Positions 61,916 through 64,000 of a stretch of DNA of 64,000 nucleotides are shown piece by piece. The stretch lies in the NCBI RefSeq assembly GCF_001194135.2, contig NC_068995.1:27915343-27979342 (forward strand). Reading direction: 5' to 3'. The translations under genes and the position numbers were made by a program. This DNA comes from Octopus bimaculoides (Eukaryota). Below the pieces are notes generated by a model. It had not been told where the DNA came from, did no database searches, and saw only the letters and a program-made list of their open reading frames with translations. Positions within the stretch are counted from its first letter, which is position 1, and each line of letters starts with the position of its first letter.

Positions 61916-63057
61916 CACTGGCCAAAATAAGTTTAAGACCTATGATGACAGTTCTATTCCTTCATTAATATATTTTTTTAAAAACTGTATATAACTATTT
62001 TACTTTTTACAGTTTATGTAGAGTTTTTTTCTCTTTCAAATGATATAAGCACTATATATCTTTCTACAATTCGAATAATTTTAATGTGCTATTAATTCAA
62101 ATGATTAGAAATTGTTGGCAAAATAAGTTTAAGACTGTACCAAGATTATGCAAATTAATAAACCAAATGGGTGGTCATATGGTTGGTCGTACTGCACTGT
62201 TTTGTTTTATAATCGAGCATTGTTACACATTAATTCGCTGTGGGAAAGCATCGTAGTAACTGATACCCAGTTACTAGATCAAAGATCATGTTGCTTCATC
62301 AGCAGAATGTGTCCTTCATGAACATTAGCAAGCAATTAGGATGCAGCAAAATGGCTTGCGTTCAAGCATGGAAGCTTTACCAAGCCACTGGCCAATACAA
62401 ATATCGACAAAGAACAGGCACTCCGAGAAAAACAACAGTACAGAATTCATTGGCTCTCTGAAGGTAACTGAATACTAACAGCAGTGGACATTTGCAAGCA
62501 TTTATCTGATGAAACTGACATCAGCTTTACACCACAAACTGTCAGAAACCGCCTAAAAGAATTTGGACTGTTCAGCTGGATCGCTAGAAAGTTCTTTGGT
62601 GCAACGATTCCTGCTTCTACATCTTTGGATCAGACTGAAAGACTTATGTTAGACACCATCCCAACTGAAGAATTCCATCCTAAGTGTGGCAAGCGGAAGG
62701 TGGGGGGGGGGGGTAGTGATGTGGGCCACATTCAGTAGCTTAGGTATCAGTCCAATTGTTAAGGTTGATGGCAGACTGAACAGTGTAGGCTATCTGCTGT
62801 TAGTAAATGAAAATGTGCTGCCATATTTAAATAATCAGATGCTACTGGAATCTATTTTCCAGCAGAACAATTGCCCTGTTCATAAGGCTAGGAAATTTTT
62901 GCAATATTTTGAGTGCAATAATATGGTGGTTATTGAGTGACCTCTGCAGAATCCGGATTTGAATCTGATAGAGAATTTATGGAATTATGTTTCTAAGAGT
63001 TCATGCTAAAAAAACCAACAAATTTCTCCCAATTATATAATTTTATTGAAGAAATAT
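61916..63057 (+). mobile_element. Tc1-like transposon, 3'-truncated, internally deleted
   Basis: TA+cactggccaaaataagtttaagacc, with an inner repeat at 62117-62136. TPQTVRNRLKEFGL, GGGVVMW, IFQQNNCPVH, PDLNLIENLW. Confidence 0.9.
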
Positions 63058-63132
63058 GCACAAGGTGCCACACAGCAGAGCTGAATCCAGAGCTATGTGG
63101 TTGGAAAGGGAGCTTCTTACCACACAGCCAAA
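63058..63132 (-). mobile_element. tRNA-type SINE 5' fragment
   Basis: caaggtgccacacagcagagctgaatcc...cttcttaccacacagcc. Confidence 0.7.
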
Positions 63133-63388
63133 CATATCATTCATTTGTGTAATTAGTTCTCAAAGTATATATAAAGCTACGGGGGTGGGTTAACTATGAA
63201 AGAGTGATGCAAGAACTGTAAAATCTTGCTTACATTAATGTTTCAAAGCCTATATCAGCATATCAGCATGCCTAAGATCAACATGGTATCATGCTGAATT
63301 GAATAAGTATTGAAATCTTGTCTAAACTTCCAAGAAACGCATCGTTACAAGATACACAAGTCTGTTCTCATAAATGACACATTGTCAG

Positions 63389-63620
63389 TCTATATACATA
63401 AAATAAAGGATGTGTGTGTGTTTGTGAGTACTGTGTATGCATTTCTACAGTTTTCAACGATTTTCACCAAACTTAATACGCACATTACTTACGTGCTAAG
63501 GATGGTCATGGACTATAGCATTTTGCCAGAGCTCCTGCAAAATGCAAGAAACTGACCAGGTTTTCCACATTGTTTTTTCTGTAAAAACTGCAATTTCTAG
63601 CTGATTGTTTTTTCTGTATA
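63389..63620 (+). mobile_element. Helitron-like 5' end
   Basis: TC tatatacataaaat...(tg)n...acgattttcaccaaactt, the same architecture as 20255. No CTAG-hairpin end identified. Confidence 0.45.
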
Positions 63621-63663
63621 AACTGCAATTTCTAGCTGATTCTCTCCATTTGACTTGCTGTTA

Positions 63664-64000
63664 GATCAGGTTATGAAAGTTACAGAGAGGGTCATAGCCC
63701 AACTAATTAGGAAGCGAATCAATTTAGATGAGATGCAGTTTGGGTTCGTGCCAGATAAAAGCACTACTGATGCCTTATTTCTAGTGAGACAGCTGCAGGA
63801 GAAATACCTAGCTAAGGATAAACCTCTGTACCTGGCTTTCGTTGACATGGAGAAAGCCTTTGACAGGGTCCCCCGATCCCTTATCTGGTGGTCAATGAGG
63901 AAACTTGGGATAGAAGAATGGTTAGTGAGAGTTGTGCGAGCCATGTACAGAGATGCTGCCAGTAAGGTGAGGGTTGGAAATGAGTACAGCAATGAATTCC
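63664..64000 (+). mobile_element. RTE RT fragment, runs off the window
   Basis: Uninterrupted MQFGFVPDKSTTDALFLVRQLQEKYLAKDKPLYLAFVDMEKAFDRVP. Confidence 0.92.

Noticed and set aside
52000-64000. Next NUP205 exon (expected to resemble KYVLARRRLVKVINNR)
   Set aside because: No supportable match, so it is probably beyond the window end.

Overview
AT-rich animal genomic DNA with assembly gaps next to (TA)n runs. The repeat families suggest a cephalopod, probably Octopus (inference). The only host gene I can support is the 3' half of NUP205 (nucleoporin 205) on the + strand. Nine GT-AG exons between 6733 and 51980 join in frame (1512 nt, 504 codons). The gene starts upstream and ends downstream of the window, and a ~25-aa segment expected between the 31343 and 51811 exons was not found. 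The introns are packed with decayed transposable elements: many RTE LINE pieces and RTE 3' tails, CR1, L1/Tx1, an R4/Dong-like element, two Penelope-like fragments, three Ty3/Gypsy elements, several Tc1/mariner elements, hAT, a piggyBac with matching MITEs, a Helitron-like element, a foldback element and tRNA-type SINEs. The most notable non-coding signal is a canonical-core minimal type I hammerhead ribozyme at 5708-5840 with an unusually extended stem II. It lies on the NUP205 sense strand, inside a perfect 73-bp inverted repeat. There are no prokaryotic features or CRISPR arrays. TE boundaries are approximate unless TIR/TSD positions are given. Family assignments come from motif recognition, not database searches.
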